DNA of 64,000 nt from an uncultured delta proteobacterium (GTDB lineage Bacteria > Desulfobacterota > Binatia > Binatales > Binataceae), in the NCBI GenBank assembly GCA_963711565.1, contig CAVQEQ010000002.1, positions 64,001 through 128,000 on the forward strand, written 5' to 3'. The position numbers and the translations under genes are program-made. Below the pieces are notes generated by a model, which did no database searches, had not been told where the DNA came from, and saw only the letters and a program-made list of their open reading frames with translations. Below, in pieces: positions 1 through 8,921 of this stretch; position 1 is the stretch's first letter, and each line of letters opens with the position of its first letter.

Positions 1-982
1 AGTAGCCGAGATCGTTTTCCACGATATGAATCAGCGCGGCGATCTTTTCGGGCTCGAACGACTCGCGCTTCAGTTCGTCGAACTTTAGCATCGTCGTGCG
101 AGCCTTCAGGAACGACAGGTGATGCCATCGCTCCAGATTCGTGTACGGCCACGTCGGCGCCGGCAGCACCATCCCATACGGCGAGCGGTACTTCGTGCCG
201 CGGCCGAGCGCGGGCGCGACCAGATGACGCATCACGCGGCCGTCGAAGAGATCGCCCGCGATGCCGACGCCATCGTTGCCGAGGATCTCGTAGCGCGCCG
301 CGCCATGCTTCGCCGCCGCTCTCGGCTTCAGTTGCAGCACTGAGAAGTCGCTCGTGCCGCCGCCGAAGTCCGCAATCAGCACCGTCTCATCGCGCGTGAT
401 TCGCAGCGCGTAGTCGTACGCCGCCGCCACCGGCTCGTACTCGAAGACCACGTCGGTCCATCCCGCGCGCCGAATCGCGATATCCAGCCGGCTGCGCGCG
501 AGCGCCTCATCCGGATTGCCAGCGGCGGCGAAATGCACCGGACGGCCGACGACGATCCGCGGCGGCAACTCGCCAAACTGCGCAATCGCCGCGTCGCGGA
601 GCGCGCTGATGATCGGCGCAATCAAATCGCCCAGCGTGTACGTCTCGCCCATGATGTCGGTCGATTCAAACGTCTTGTCCGCGAGGAACGACTTGAGCGA
701 TTGCACGAGGCGCCCGTTGCCGGCGGCCGCGAGGTAGCGCCGAATCGCGTCGTTGCCGATCGAGACCGCGGAATCGGTGCCGCCGGTTTCTTCGACGCCC
801 TCGAAAAAGAGAATCGAGCGGAACGTCTCGGACACATCGCCGCTCTCGGCGGCGGGAAACCGCGCCAGACGCGGCGAGCCGTCGGCGCCGACGATCGCGA
901 TTGCGCTGTTGGTGGTGCCGAAATCGAGACCGACCGCCTCTACTTTTGCCGTGGCGGGAGCGCTGGAGATTTCCTGCATCAT
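1..982 (-). CDS. Hsp70 family protein (YegD-like), runs off the window
   Basis: Manual translation from 982: MMQEISSAPATAKVEAVGLDFGTTNSAIA (Hsp70 phosphate-1 motif); later ADFGGGTSDFS. Missing from the ORF track because it has no stop in the window. Confidence 0.85.
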   Translation of the reverse strand, partial: MMQEISSAPATAKVEAVGLDFGTTNSAIAIVGADGSPRLARFPAAESGDVSETFRSILFFEGVEETGGTDSAVSIGNDAIRRYLAAAGNGRLVQSLKSFLADKTFESTDIMGETYTLGDLIAPIISALRDAAIAQFGELPPRIVVGRPVHFAAAGNPDEALARSRLDIAIRRAGWTDVVFEYEPVAAAYDYALRITRDETVLIADFGGGTSDFSVLQLKPRAAAKHGAARYEILGNDGVGIAGDLFDGRVMRHLVAPALGRGTKYRSPYGMVLPAPTWPYTNLERWHHLSFLKARTTMLKFDELKRESFEPEKIAALIHIVENDLGY

Positions 983-1011
983 GGGTCTCACGATTAAGGC
1001 GCGTCGAACTC

Positions 1012-1040
1012 TTGTCAACGTTGAGCATCGCGCATATACT
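1012..1040 (+). promoter_or_regulatory. sigma70-type promoter
   Basis: TTGTCA-17 nt-TATACT. Confidence 0.65.
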
Positions 1041-1044
1041 CGCC

Positions 1045-1133
1045 AAACCCTCAGGATGCGGATCGCGATGCGATTCGCATCCGCCAGAGAACGGTTTCCT
1101 AGCGGACGAGTTTTGCTCGTCCGCACTTTTTTT
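1045..1133 (+). ncRNA. candidate small RNA or attenuating leader
   Basis: Long stem (GGATGCGGATCGC/GCGATTCGCATCC) closed by AAACC/GGTTT, followed by a terminator, directly after the promoter. Confidence 0.4.
1102..1133 (+). terminator. intrinsic terminator
   Basis: GCGGACGAG-TTTTG-CTCGTCCGC followed by ACTTTTTTT. Confidence 0.7.
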
Positions 1134-1166
1134 GAGAGCGCATCGCCAGCGCGCAGGAGGGAGAGC

Positions 1167-1964
1167 ATGCCGCCGGAAATCCCGGAGTCCGAAGTCGCAG
1201 CGGAGTGGGATCGCAATGCCGCGGTGTGGGCCGAGCAGGTGCGCAACCGTTGGGACACTTTTCGCGAGCATTGGAACAATCCCGCATTCGTCGAATTCGT
1301 CGGCGACATCAGCGGCAAGAACGTGCTTGATACGGGATGCGGCGAAGGCTACAACACGCGGATGTTCGCGCGCCGCGGCGCTCGCATGACGGGAGCGGAC
1401 TTGTCGGCGAAGATGATCCAGTTCGCGCGCGAAGCAGAACTGTGCGAACCGCTGGGAATCCACTACGAACGCGCGTCGTACAGCAATCTGACGCCCTTCT
1501 CCGCGGGATCATTCGACGCGGTCATCTCGACGATGGCGCTGATGGACGGCCCTGACTTTCCCGGCGCGATGCGCGAAATCGCACGCGTGCTGCGCCCGGG
1601 CGGGACGCTCGCGTACAGCATCCTGCATCCGTGTTTCGCGACCAAAGGGATGGGCTGGATTAGGGACGAATCGGGACGCGCCGTAAAATTCACCGTCGCG
1701 GATTATTTCAACAGCGAACCGTTTGTCGAGCACTGGAAGTTCGGTCATGCGCCCAACGCGTCGGAGGTCGAGGCTTTCGGCGTGCCGCGTTTCGATCGGA
1801 CACTTGCTGACTATATCAATCCGACCATCGCGGCCGGTCTGCGCCTCGAGAAGATTTGCGAGCCGCGCGCGCCCGAGTCCGCATGCGCGCTGTATCCGGA
1901 GTCGTTTCGCAGATATCGCGATCACATTCCCTGGTTCCTCTACCTGCGCGCGTCGAAGCCGTGA
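1167..1964 (+). CDS. class I SAM-dependent methyltransferase
   Basis: VLDTGCGEG motif I, FDAVIS, VLRPGG; RBS GGAGG before ATG 1167. Confidence 0.88.
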   Translation: MPPEIPESEVAAEWDRNAAVWAEQVRNRWDTFREHWNNPAFVEFVGDISGKNVLDTGCGEGYNTRMFARRGARMTGADLSAKMIQFAREAELCEPLGIHYERASYSNLTPFSAGSFDAVISTMALMDGPDFPGAMREIARVLRPGGTLAYSILHPCFATKGMGWIRDESGRAVKFTVADYFNSEPFVEHWKFGHAPNASEVEAFGVPRFDRTLADYINPTIAAGLRLEKICEPRAPESACALYPESFRRYRDHIPWFLYLRASKP

Positions 1965-2395
1965 GCAAGAGTGTGATCCGCACCTCGACCGGAATTTTTG
2001 CAGCTGCAATTTGCGTGATACTCGCCGGATGCGGCGTGCAGGGCGAAGCGTACCAGCCGCGGGTAACTCCAGCGTCGCAGAGCCTCGTCTACATCTATCG
2101 GCCGTATGAATTTCTCACGTCGCAATCGACGCCGATGATCACCTGCGGGCATGAGAGTATCGAATTGGAGCCGGGCGGCTTTGACGAGTTCGTCGAGGAC
2201 AGCGGAACGGTGACTTGCGGGGTCGCGGGCGACACGACGACACTCAAGTTTGATGCGCGCGCGGGCGAGAAATACTTTATCAAGCAGTATGTTGACTCCA
2301 GCGGGCTCAGCACTCACGTGCGATTGATCTTGATGGATGCCGATGTGAGCGCCGACGAAATACGGGAGTGCCGCCGGCAGGGAATCAAGGATTGA
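1961..2395 (+). CDS. putative lipoprotein (DUF2846-like)
   Basis: GTG overlaps the upstream stop; signal peptide with lipobox LAGC; LVYIYRP motif. Confidence 0.65.
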   Translation: MSKSVIRTSTGIFAAAICVILAGCGVQGEAYQPRVTPASQSLVYIYRPYEFLTSQSTPMITCGHESIELEPGGFDEFVEDSGTVTCGVAGDTTTLKFDARAGEKYFIKQYVDSSGLSTHVRLILMDADVSADEIRECRRQGIKD

Positions 2396-2400
2396 ATCAA

Positions 2401-3318
2401 ATGCCGCGAATCGTAACCCTGCTGCCGAGCGCGACGGAGATCGTTTGCGCGCTCGGCTTCGAAGATCAATTGGTCGGCCGCTCGCACGAATGCGACTTCC
2501 CGCGCTCGGTCGTGCGGGTTCCCGCATTGACGGAACCGAAATTCAATCCCGAAGGGACCAGCGCCGAGATCGACCAGCGCGTGAAGAAGATCGTCGGCGA
2601 CGCGCTCTCGGTTTATCGCGTCGATGCGGCGATGCTGCGCGAACTTCGGCCGGACGTAATCGTCACTCAATCGCAGTGCGAAGTGTGCGCCGTCAGCGAG
2701 CGCGACGTCGAAGCCGCGGTGGCCGAATGGCTCGGCGCGGGGCCAAAGATCGTGTCGCTCGCGCCGTATGGCCTCGACAACATCTTTACCGACATGCAGC
2801 GGGTGGCTGATGCACTCGACGCGCATACGCGCGGGACGGAACTGGTCGAGCTGCTGCGCTCGCGGCTCGGCAAGATTGCGGACAAGGCGCGCGGCGCCTC
2901 GGTGCGGCCGAGCGTCGCGACGATCGAATGGATCGATCCGCTGATGGCGGCGGGAAACTGGATGCCGACGCTGGTCGAGATGGCGGGCGCAACAAATCTG
3001 TTTGGCAAAGCGGGCGAGCATTCGCCTTGGATGAAGTTCGACGAGCTGGCCGCGAAAGATCCCGATGTGATCCTGATTTCGCCGTGCGGCTTCAACATGG
3101 ATCGCGCGGCGGAGGACCTGCCCGCGCTTACGAATCGTGCGGAGTGGAGCGGCCTGAAGGCGGTGCGCGCGGGGCGCGTCTTCATGGCCGACGGCAACCA
3201 GTATTTCAACCGGCCCGGTCCGCGAATCGCGGAGTCGCTGGAAATTCTCGCCGAGATCGCGCATCCCGAGCTTTTCCATTTCGGCTACGAAGGTGCGGGC
3301 TGGCGGCGATTGCGGTAG
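2401..3318 (+). CDS. cobalamin/Fe-siderophore type substrate-binding protein
   Basis: RIVTLLPSATEIVCALG, GRSHECDFP, YFNRPGPR. Confidence 0.85.
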   Translation: MPRIVTLLPSATEIVCALGFEDQLVGRSHECDFPRSVVRVPALTEPKFNPEGTSAEIDQRVKKIVGDALSVYRVDAAMLRELRPDVIVTQSQCEVCAVSERDVEAAVAEWLGAGPKIVSLAPYGLDNIFTDMQRVADALDAHTRGTELVELLRSRLGKIADKARGASVRPSVATIEWIDPLMAAGNWMPTLVEMAGATNLFGKAGEHSPWMKFDELAAKDPDVILISPCGFNMDRAAEDLPALTNRAEWSGLKAVRAGRVFMADGNQYFNRPGPRIAESLEILAEIAHPELFHFGYEGAGWRRLR

Positions 3319-3321
3319 AGC

Positions 3322-4236
3322 CTATTTCTTCGCGAGATACGCCATCCCGACCCGGGCCGGCGTGAGATTTATTCCGAACTCATCGACCAGCGCATTGATG
3401 TCGCACGCGTTGTCGGCGGTGACGAACGTGACCGCGTCGCGCGACAGCAAGGGCTTGGGCAGTTTTTCGAGCAAACCGCCAACGCCGCGCATGACAGTTT
3501 CCGGAATATGAAACAGCGGGCGGCGATGTCCGCTCGCGTCCATGATGATCCGCATCATCTCGTCGAACGTCATCAGGTCGGGCCCGCCGATATCGTAAGT
3601 TCCGTTGCGGCCGCGCCCCGACACCGCGAGCATCACGCACGCGGCCAAATCATCAACGAGCACCGGTTGAACTTTCTGCCGCCCGGTGCCGGGCACGCCA
3701 AAGACCGGCGCGAAACGGATCGCTCGCGCGAGACCGTTCACAACTTTGTCCTCCGGCCCGTACACCAGCGACGGACGGAAGATCGTGTACGTGAGGCCCG
3801 ACTCGCGGATCGCACGCTCGGCGCGGCCCTTGGTGCGGAACGCCGGATGCGTGCTGTTCTCGTCGGCCGCGGCGCCGCTGATGTAGATGAATTGCTGCGC
3901 GCCGGCCTGCTTCGCGGCTTCGAGAAGTGCAACTGTGCCGCCGTAGTTGACGCGCTCGAAGGTGAGGCCGCGGCGCGGATTTTCGACGGGATAGCCGTCG
4001 AACTGGATCGCATCGACGATCGTGTTTGCGCCCTTGAGTGCGTCCGCGAGCGACGCGGGCTGCATGATATCTGCTTGAACGAAATCGACGCCGGTTAAGT
4101 CGAGCCGCGCGCGCGCCGTTCCAGGATTGCGGGTGAGCACGCGCAGCTTGACACCGCCGGCCGCGAGCAGCCGCCGCGCGATTGCGCGACCGATAAATCC
4201 TGAGCCGCCGGCGAGCGCGACGATTTTTGCGTCCAT
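3322..4236 (-). CDS. NAD(P)-binding atypical SDR (NDUFA9-like)
   Basis: GGSGFIG Rossmann motif, RPSLVYGP, QPVLVDD. Confidence 0.85.
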   Translation of the reverse strand: MDAKIVALAGGSGFIGRAIARRLLAAGGVKLRVLTRNPGTARARLDLTGVDFVQADIMQPASLADALKGANTIVDAIQFDGYPVENPRRGLTFERVNYGGTVALLEAAKQAGAQQFIYISGAAADENSTHPAFRTKGRAERAIRESGLTYTIFRPSLVYGPEDKVVNGLARAIRFAPVFGVPGTGRQKVQPVLVDDLAACVMLAVSGRGRNGTYDIGGPDLMTFDEMMRIIMDASGHRRPLFHIPETVMRGVGGLLEKLPKPLLSRDAVTFVTADNACDINALVDEFGINLTPARVGMAYLAKK

Positions 4237-4242
4237 GACGGA

Positions 4243-5232
4243 CTAGTGTTGCTTGCGATGCGGTCGATGAGTGACGGAGCGCGGCGTTCGGCGACGGCGG
4301 ACACGCTTCAACGGATGCAGTTTCCCGGTCGAGGCTGGTTTCTCCGCGGGCGACGCGTTGACGAGCGGCGTCAGCGAGAAGCGCGATACTTCAGGCGGGC
4401 AGTTGATGCGAATTCTCAGCCAGAACGTGCCGAGGCCGCGATTGGTGTAGATGTAAAAATCTTCGTAGCGATTCAGGCCCGAGTAAAATTCCTTGCCGAT
4501 GCGCAGGATCGATTTGAGCGGCGATCCGTAGAACGGAATTCGCACGACGCCGCCGTGCGTGTGGCCCGAGAGCATCACGCCCGGCCGCAGATGACGCGTG
4601 TATAGCGCGGTGTCGGGATTGTGCGCGAGGACGATCGTGCAGTCGTCGCTGTTGACATCGCCGAACGCGCGCGCAGGCTCGGCCCGCCGCGACCATAGAT
4701 CGTCGATGCCGACGACCATCAGTTTTTCGTTGCGGATGAAGAGCCGACGGCTGTCGTTGGCGAGCACGTCGGCGCCGGAGCGCTTGAGCGCCTCGGTGAT
4801 CCGCTCGGCCGACGACCAGTGATCGTGATTGCCGAGGATCGCAAACAGGCCTGACCTGGGACGCAAGTGTTTCAACGCGTCGCGAAACGCGCCGAGATAG
4901 CGATGCATCGTGTCGGGGCCGGAAAAATAATCGCCGGTGAGAAAAATGAGATCGGGATTCTGCTGATTGATCGCTTCGACCGCCAGCGCCAGCCGTTCGA
5001 GGTCCTCGTCGCGATCGACGTGGAAGTCGCTTATCTGGCATGCGACGAGTCCGCGCAGAGCGTCGGGCAATCCGCGCACCGGCAGGTCCAGGGCAGACAC
5101 CTGAATTTCATCGATCGTCTTCCGCCACATGCGATGCAACGGGCGCAGCGCCAGCGGGGGTTTCCCCTTGGCGCGGCCGGCAACAGCGGGCTGATGCGGC
5201 GGCAAGTCGGCTATCAATTCGGCGGTGGACAT
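4243..5232 (-). CDS. metallophosphoesterase (YkuE-like)
   Basis: SDFH, TGD, GNHD, HNPD, GHTHGG motifs. Confidence 0.88.
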   Translation of the reverse strand: MSTAELIADLPPHQPAVAGRAKGKPPLALRPLHRMWRKTIDEIQVSALDLPVRGLPDALRGLVACQISDFHVDRDEDLERLALAVEAINQQNPDLIFLTGDYFSGPDTMHRYLGAFRDALKHLRPRSGLFAILGNHDHWSSAERITEALKRSGADVLANDSRRLFIRNEKLMVVGIDDLWSRRAEPARAFGDVNSDDCTIVLAHNPDTALYTRHLRPGVMLSGHTHGGVVRIPFYGSPLKSILRIGKEFYSGLNRYEDFYIYTNRGLGTFWLRIRINCPPEVSRFSLTPLVNASPAEKPASTGKLHPLKRVRRRRTPRSVTHRPHRKQH

Positions 5233-5245
5233 CGGATCATCGATA

Positions 5246-5950
5246 CTAGAATACTTCGAGCAGGCGGCGAAAGGTGGTCAATTCGATAATCCTGTCGCCG
5301 GCTTCATTGATCTCTTCGTGCTCGAGTTCCCAGGTATGCGGATGCGGAATGAAAACGGCGCGCAGACCCGCGGCCACCGCGGGATTAATGTCCGAGCGCG
5401 GACTGTTCCCGATCATAAACGTCAGCGACGGATCGAGGCCGGCGTCGCGCACGAGGCGCCGATACGCGTCGATGTCCTTCTCGCGCGGCGTCTCGACGCG
5501 ATCGAATAGCGGAGCCAGCCCGGAACGCGCGAGCTTCTGCAACTGTTCGTCGCGCTGGCCCTTAGTGAACATCAATAGCCGGTGACGCTGCGACAGTTCC
5601 TGCAACGTGGGCTCGACGTCGGGCAGCAGCGCGCATTCGCGCTCGAGCAGATGCGCACCGATTCGCTCGATCTCGTCGCGCAAGCCTTCGTGACCCGCGG
5701 GCGCGAGTTCATCAGCCGCCTGATGGAGTGCTCTAATGTAAGGACGGCGGCCGTAACCGTGAGATTTAATGAGCATGATTTCGGCGCGTCGCACCGCGGC
5801 GTGAATCTCGATGCGCGACAGACCGAGCCCCGCGTCGCCGACCGCCGCGGCGAAGTTATCGAACGCCTCGAGAAAATGAATATTGGAATCCCACAGCGTA
5901 TCGTCGGCGTCGAAAATGAGATTTAGAGACTCAGTCGCGGAAGAGAACAT
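5246..5950 (-). CDS. HAD family hydrolase
   Basis: FDADDTLW, TKG, GNSPRSDINP. Confidence 0.88.
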   Translation of the reverse strand: MFSSATESLNLIFDADDTLWDSNIHFLEAFDNFAAAVGDAGLGLSRIEIHAAVRRAEIMLIKSHGYGRRPYIRALHQAADELAPAGHEGLRDEIERIGAHLLERECALLPDVEPTLQELSQRHRLLMFTKGQRDEQLQKLARSGLAPLFDRVETPREKDIDAYRRLVRDAGLDPSLTFMIGNSPRSDINPAVAAGLRAVFIPHPHTWELEHEEINEAGDRIIELTTFRRLLEVF

Positions 5951-6012
5951 CTGTCTAGAGGATACAGGCGTGTGCCGACGCGGGAAAGCGAGGGGGAAAT
6001 CACTTTATTAAA

Positions 6013-6067
6013 TCTGAACCCCACGGTGGGTTTCAGACTTCCCTCGGCAGGGGTGACCCCTGCACCC
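6013..6067 (+). repeat. REP-like family A copy 1
   Basis: Hairpin TGAACCCCACGGTGGGTTTCA plus core GCAGGGGTGACCCCTGCACCC. Confidence 0.8.
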
Positions 6068-6109
6068 GGTATTAAGATAAGAAGAAGAAGTTTTATCGGC
6101 GCGGGTGGG

Positions 6110-6925
6110 TCATGCGCGGGAATTGGGAAGTGCGGCGGGCAGGACGATCAGCGCGCCGGTCGAGGGATTGCGGCCGACGTAGACCTCGGTCTCGTAGACG
6201 CGGCGCAGATTCTCGGCCGTCAAAACTTCGGCGGGAGTTCCGTACGCGATCGCGACGCCGTCCGCGAGCAGCAGCACACGATCGGCATACAGCGCGGCCG
6301 CGTTGAGGTCGTGAAGCGTCGCGACCACGGCCATGCCGCGCTCGGCGCACAGCTCGCGAAAGCGCGCAAAGATTTCCGCCACGTGCTTGAGATCGAGGAA
6401 CGCGGTCGGCTCGTCGAGCAATGCAACCTTCGGCTCCTGCGCGAGCGCGCGGGCTAGGAACACGCGCTTGCGCTCGCCGCCCGAGAGTTCCTGCACGTGA
6501 CGCGCGGCGAGATCGCGCAGATCGAAGCGCTCGAGCGCGGCCGACGCGATCTCCAAATCGTGCGGGCTCTCGAAGCGGAAAGCGCCGAGATGCGGCGCGC
6601 GCCCCATCAGCACGATCTCCAGCACCGTGAAGCGGAACGCGACCGCGTTTTCCTGGCCGACCGACGCGACCGTGCGCGCGAACTCGCGGCGCTCGATCCA
6701 ATCGAGCGCGCGGCCGAACAATTCGACGCTGCCCGCGTCCGGCTTGATCGATCTGCCAAGTACTTTGAGCAGCGTGGACTTGCCCGCGCCGTTCGGACCG
6801 ACGATAGCGAGCATTTCACCGGCCGCGACTTCGATCGACACGCCATGCAGCACGGGCACGCCGGGGTATCCCGCATGAATCGCGCTCGCACGCATTGCGA
6901 CTGTTTCGCGCGACGCCGGCGTCAT
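6110..6925 (-). CDS. ABC ATP-binding protein (BtuD/HmuV/FepC-like)
   Basis: GPNGAGKS, LSGGE, LLDEPT, LHDLN. Confidence 0.9.
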   Translation of the reverse strand: MTPASRETVAMRASAIHAGYPGVPVLHGVSIEVAAGEMLAIVGPNGAGKSTLLKVLGRSIKPDAGSVELFGRALDWIERREFARTVASVGQENAVAFRFTVLEIVLMGRAPHLGAFRFESPHDLEIASAALERFDLRDLAARHVQELSGGERKRVFLARALAQEPKVALLDEPTAFLDLKHVAEIFARFRELCAERGMAVVATLHDLNAAALYADRVLLLADGVAIAYGTPAEVLTAENLRRVYETEVYVGRNPSTGALIVLPAALPNSRA

Positions 6926-7959
6926 AGCGAAAGCGGTCTCCGGCCCTCGCGGCGCAGCATATAGATGAAGAAGGGGCCGCCGCATAGCGCGGTGATCGCG
7001 CCGACGGGAATTTCTGACGGTGCGATTGCTACGCGTGCGAGCAAATCCGCCGCGACCATGAATGCAGCGCCGCCAATCAGCGACGCCGGCAGCAGCAGCC
7101 GATGATCGGCGCCGAACATCAAGCGCAGAGTATGAGGAACGATCAGTCCGACGAACGAAATGATCCCGCTGACGGAAACCGCGGCGCCGATCATGACCGA
7201 AGTCGCGACGAAGATCGTGCGCCGAAGACTGTCCACGTCAACGCCAAGTTCCGCGGCGGACTCGTCGCCGAGACTGAGCAGGTTCAGGTCGCGCGCGTGA
7301 TACATCAGGACCGCAAAGCCGGCCAGTCCCAACACTGCGACCATCGCCGCTTCGCCATACGTCGGCGCTTCGAGACTGCCCATCAGCCAGAACAGGATGC
7401 TGTGCGCGAAGTAAAAATTTACGACGCTGTTCACGAGCATGATTGCCGCGCCCCAGAACGAGTTGAAGATGACGCCGACCAGCAGCAACGTGAACGGCTC
7501 GAGCTGGCCGTCAACCATCGCGAGCCGATAAACCGCGACAGTCGAGAGAAGTGCCGCGCCAAATGCGCACAGCGGGACGGTCGCCTCGCCACCGCCGATT
7601 TTCGCCGACAGCACGAGCGCGAGAATCGCGCCGAACGCGCCGCCACCGGAGATTCCGAGGATGCCGCCCTCGGCCAGCGGATTGCGCACGAGGGCTTGCA
7701 GAGCCGTTCCAACTGCCGCGAGCATCGCGCCGACGATCACTCCCATCAATACGCGCGGCAATCGGGCGGCGAAAAAAATCGCGTGATCGGGACTGTCGGG
7801 ATCAGAAAACGCGCGCGCGAGGCTGATATGCGCAGTGCCGAACAATAGGCCCGCGACCGCACAAACGATCAGCAGAATTACAAGCACGCCCAGGATCGAG
7901 AGCAGCCGAGCGCGCGTCAGGTGCGCAGCCGGTGCGGGTTTGCTTGCCGGTGCGTTCAC
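6922..7959 (-). CDS. FecCD/BtuC family ABC permease
   Basis: RLPR, QALVRNPLA, GIISFVGLIVPH; likely GTG start at 7959; in frame with the upstream gene because of an apparent +1 indel. Confidence 0.85.
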   Translation of the reverse strand: MNAPASKPAPAAHLTRARLLSILGVLVILLIVCAVAGLLFGTAHISLARAFSDPDSPDHAIFFAARLPRVLMGVIVGAMLAAVGTALQALVRNPLAEGGILGISGGGAFGAILALVLSAKIGGGEATVPLCAFGAALLSTVAVYRLAMVDGQLEPFTLLLVGVIFNSFWGAAIMLVNSVVNFYFAHSILFWLMGSLEAPTYGEAAMVAVLGLAGFAVLMYHARDLNLLSLGDESAAELGVDVDSLRRTIFVATSVMIGAAVSVSGIISFVGLIVPHTLRLMFGADHRLLLPASLIGGAAFMVAADLLARVAIAPSEIPVGAITALCGGPFFIYMLRREGRRPLSL

Positions 7960-8817
7960 TTGTCGCCCCCTTGCCGCCATGCCTCGGGATGAATCTTGCG
8001 CGCGATTATCTTCGAGCGATTGCCCGACGCGCGGGCCGGCATGCAGCATCGGATCCTCGGCGTAGCCGTAAACGCGATGGTCACGCACGGCGGGAATCGT
8101 CGGATACTTCTCCCAGAAATCATCCGACGACGCGGAATCGGAACCCATCGCGCCGTCGAGGATAACTTCCGGACGCATCGCGATGATGAACTCCATACTG
8201 AGATGCGGCCACTGCTCGCCCGCCGCCGCCGCGATATTGTCGGCGCGCGCGATGCGCATCAGCTCGTCGAGGTAAGTGCCGGTGCCGACCGCGACGATCG
8301 GCTGATGACCGACGAGCATCAACGCGCGCACCGGCTTGACGCTCGCGAGACGTTGTTGGATCGCAGCGATCTGGGCCTCAATCTCCGCGACGAGCCGATC
8401 CGCGTCGTCTGGACGACTTATTCGCGCGCCCACTTTTTCGATACTGTCTTCGATTTCTTGCAAAGAGTCGTCGCTTACCAGCAGCACCGGATAGCCCATC
8501 GAGTTCAACGCGCGAATCTGGCGCACGTCCGACGACAGTTCAAGCCCGACCACCAGTGTGGGCCGCAGCGCGATGATCGCCTCGAGATTCGGCGTCAGAA
8601 AAGAACCGACGCGCGGCAGCGCGAGCACCTGCGGCGGGTAGTCGCAGTATTGCGAGACGCCGACGACCTCGGCACCCGCGCCCAGCGCGAACAGCGTCTC
8701 GGTGACGCTCGGCGCCAGCGACACGATTCGCATCGACGCAGCCGCGTTCGCCGCGGGAGCGAACGCCAGTACGCACAGGCAGAGCGCGGCGGCGGCCGCG
8801 AGTCGGGAAAAAGCCAC
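7956..8817 (-). CDS. BtuF-like periplasmic binding protein, apparent frameshift near 8011
   Basis: Signal peptide, RIVSLAPSVTETLFALG, YCDYP; removing one base restores LEIIARKIHPEAWRQGGDK* with a GTGA overlap. Confidence 0.8.
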
Positions 8818-8921
8818 ATCGCGAAACTACCTGATCGGACCGGCGCCCGTAAGCGCTCCCGCCGCTTTGTTGCATCGACGCGACGCGCTCAACTAGCCTC
8901 GTCGGGACGAGGAATATCGCT

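Noticed and set aside
6922-8817. Novel binding protein-permease fusion
   Set aside because: Explained by a single extra base; the corrected frame gives a normal C-terminus and GTGA coupling.
8818-8921. Cobalamin riboswitch upstream of the btuF-like operon
   Set aside because: The region is only about 100 nt and no B12-box or core motif is visible.
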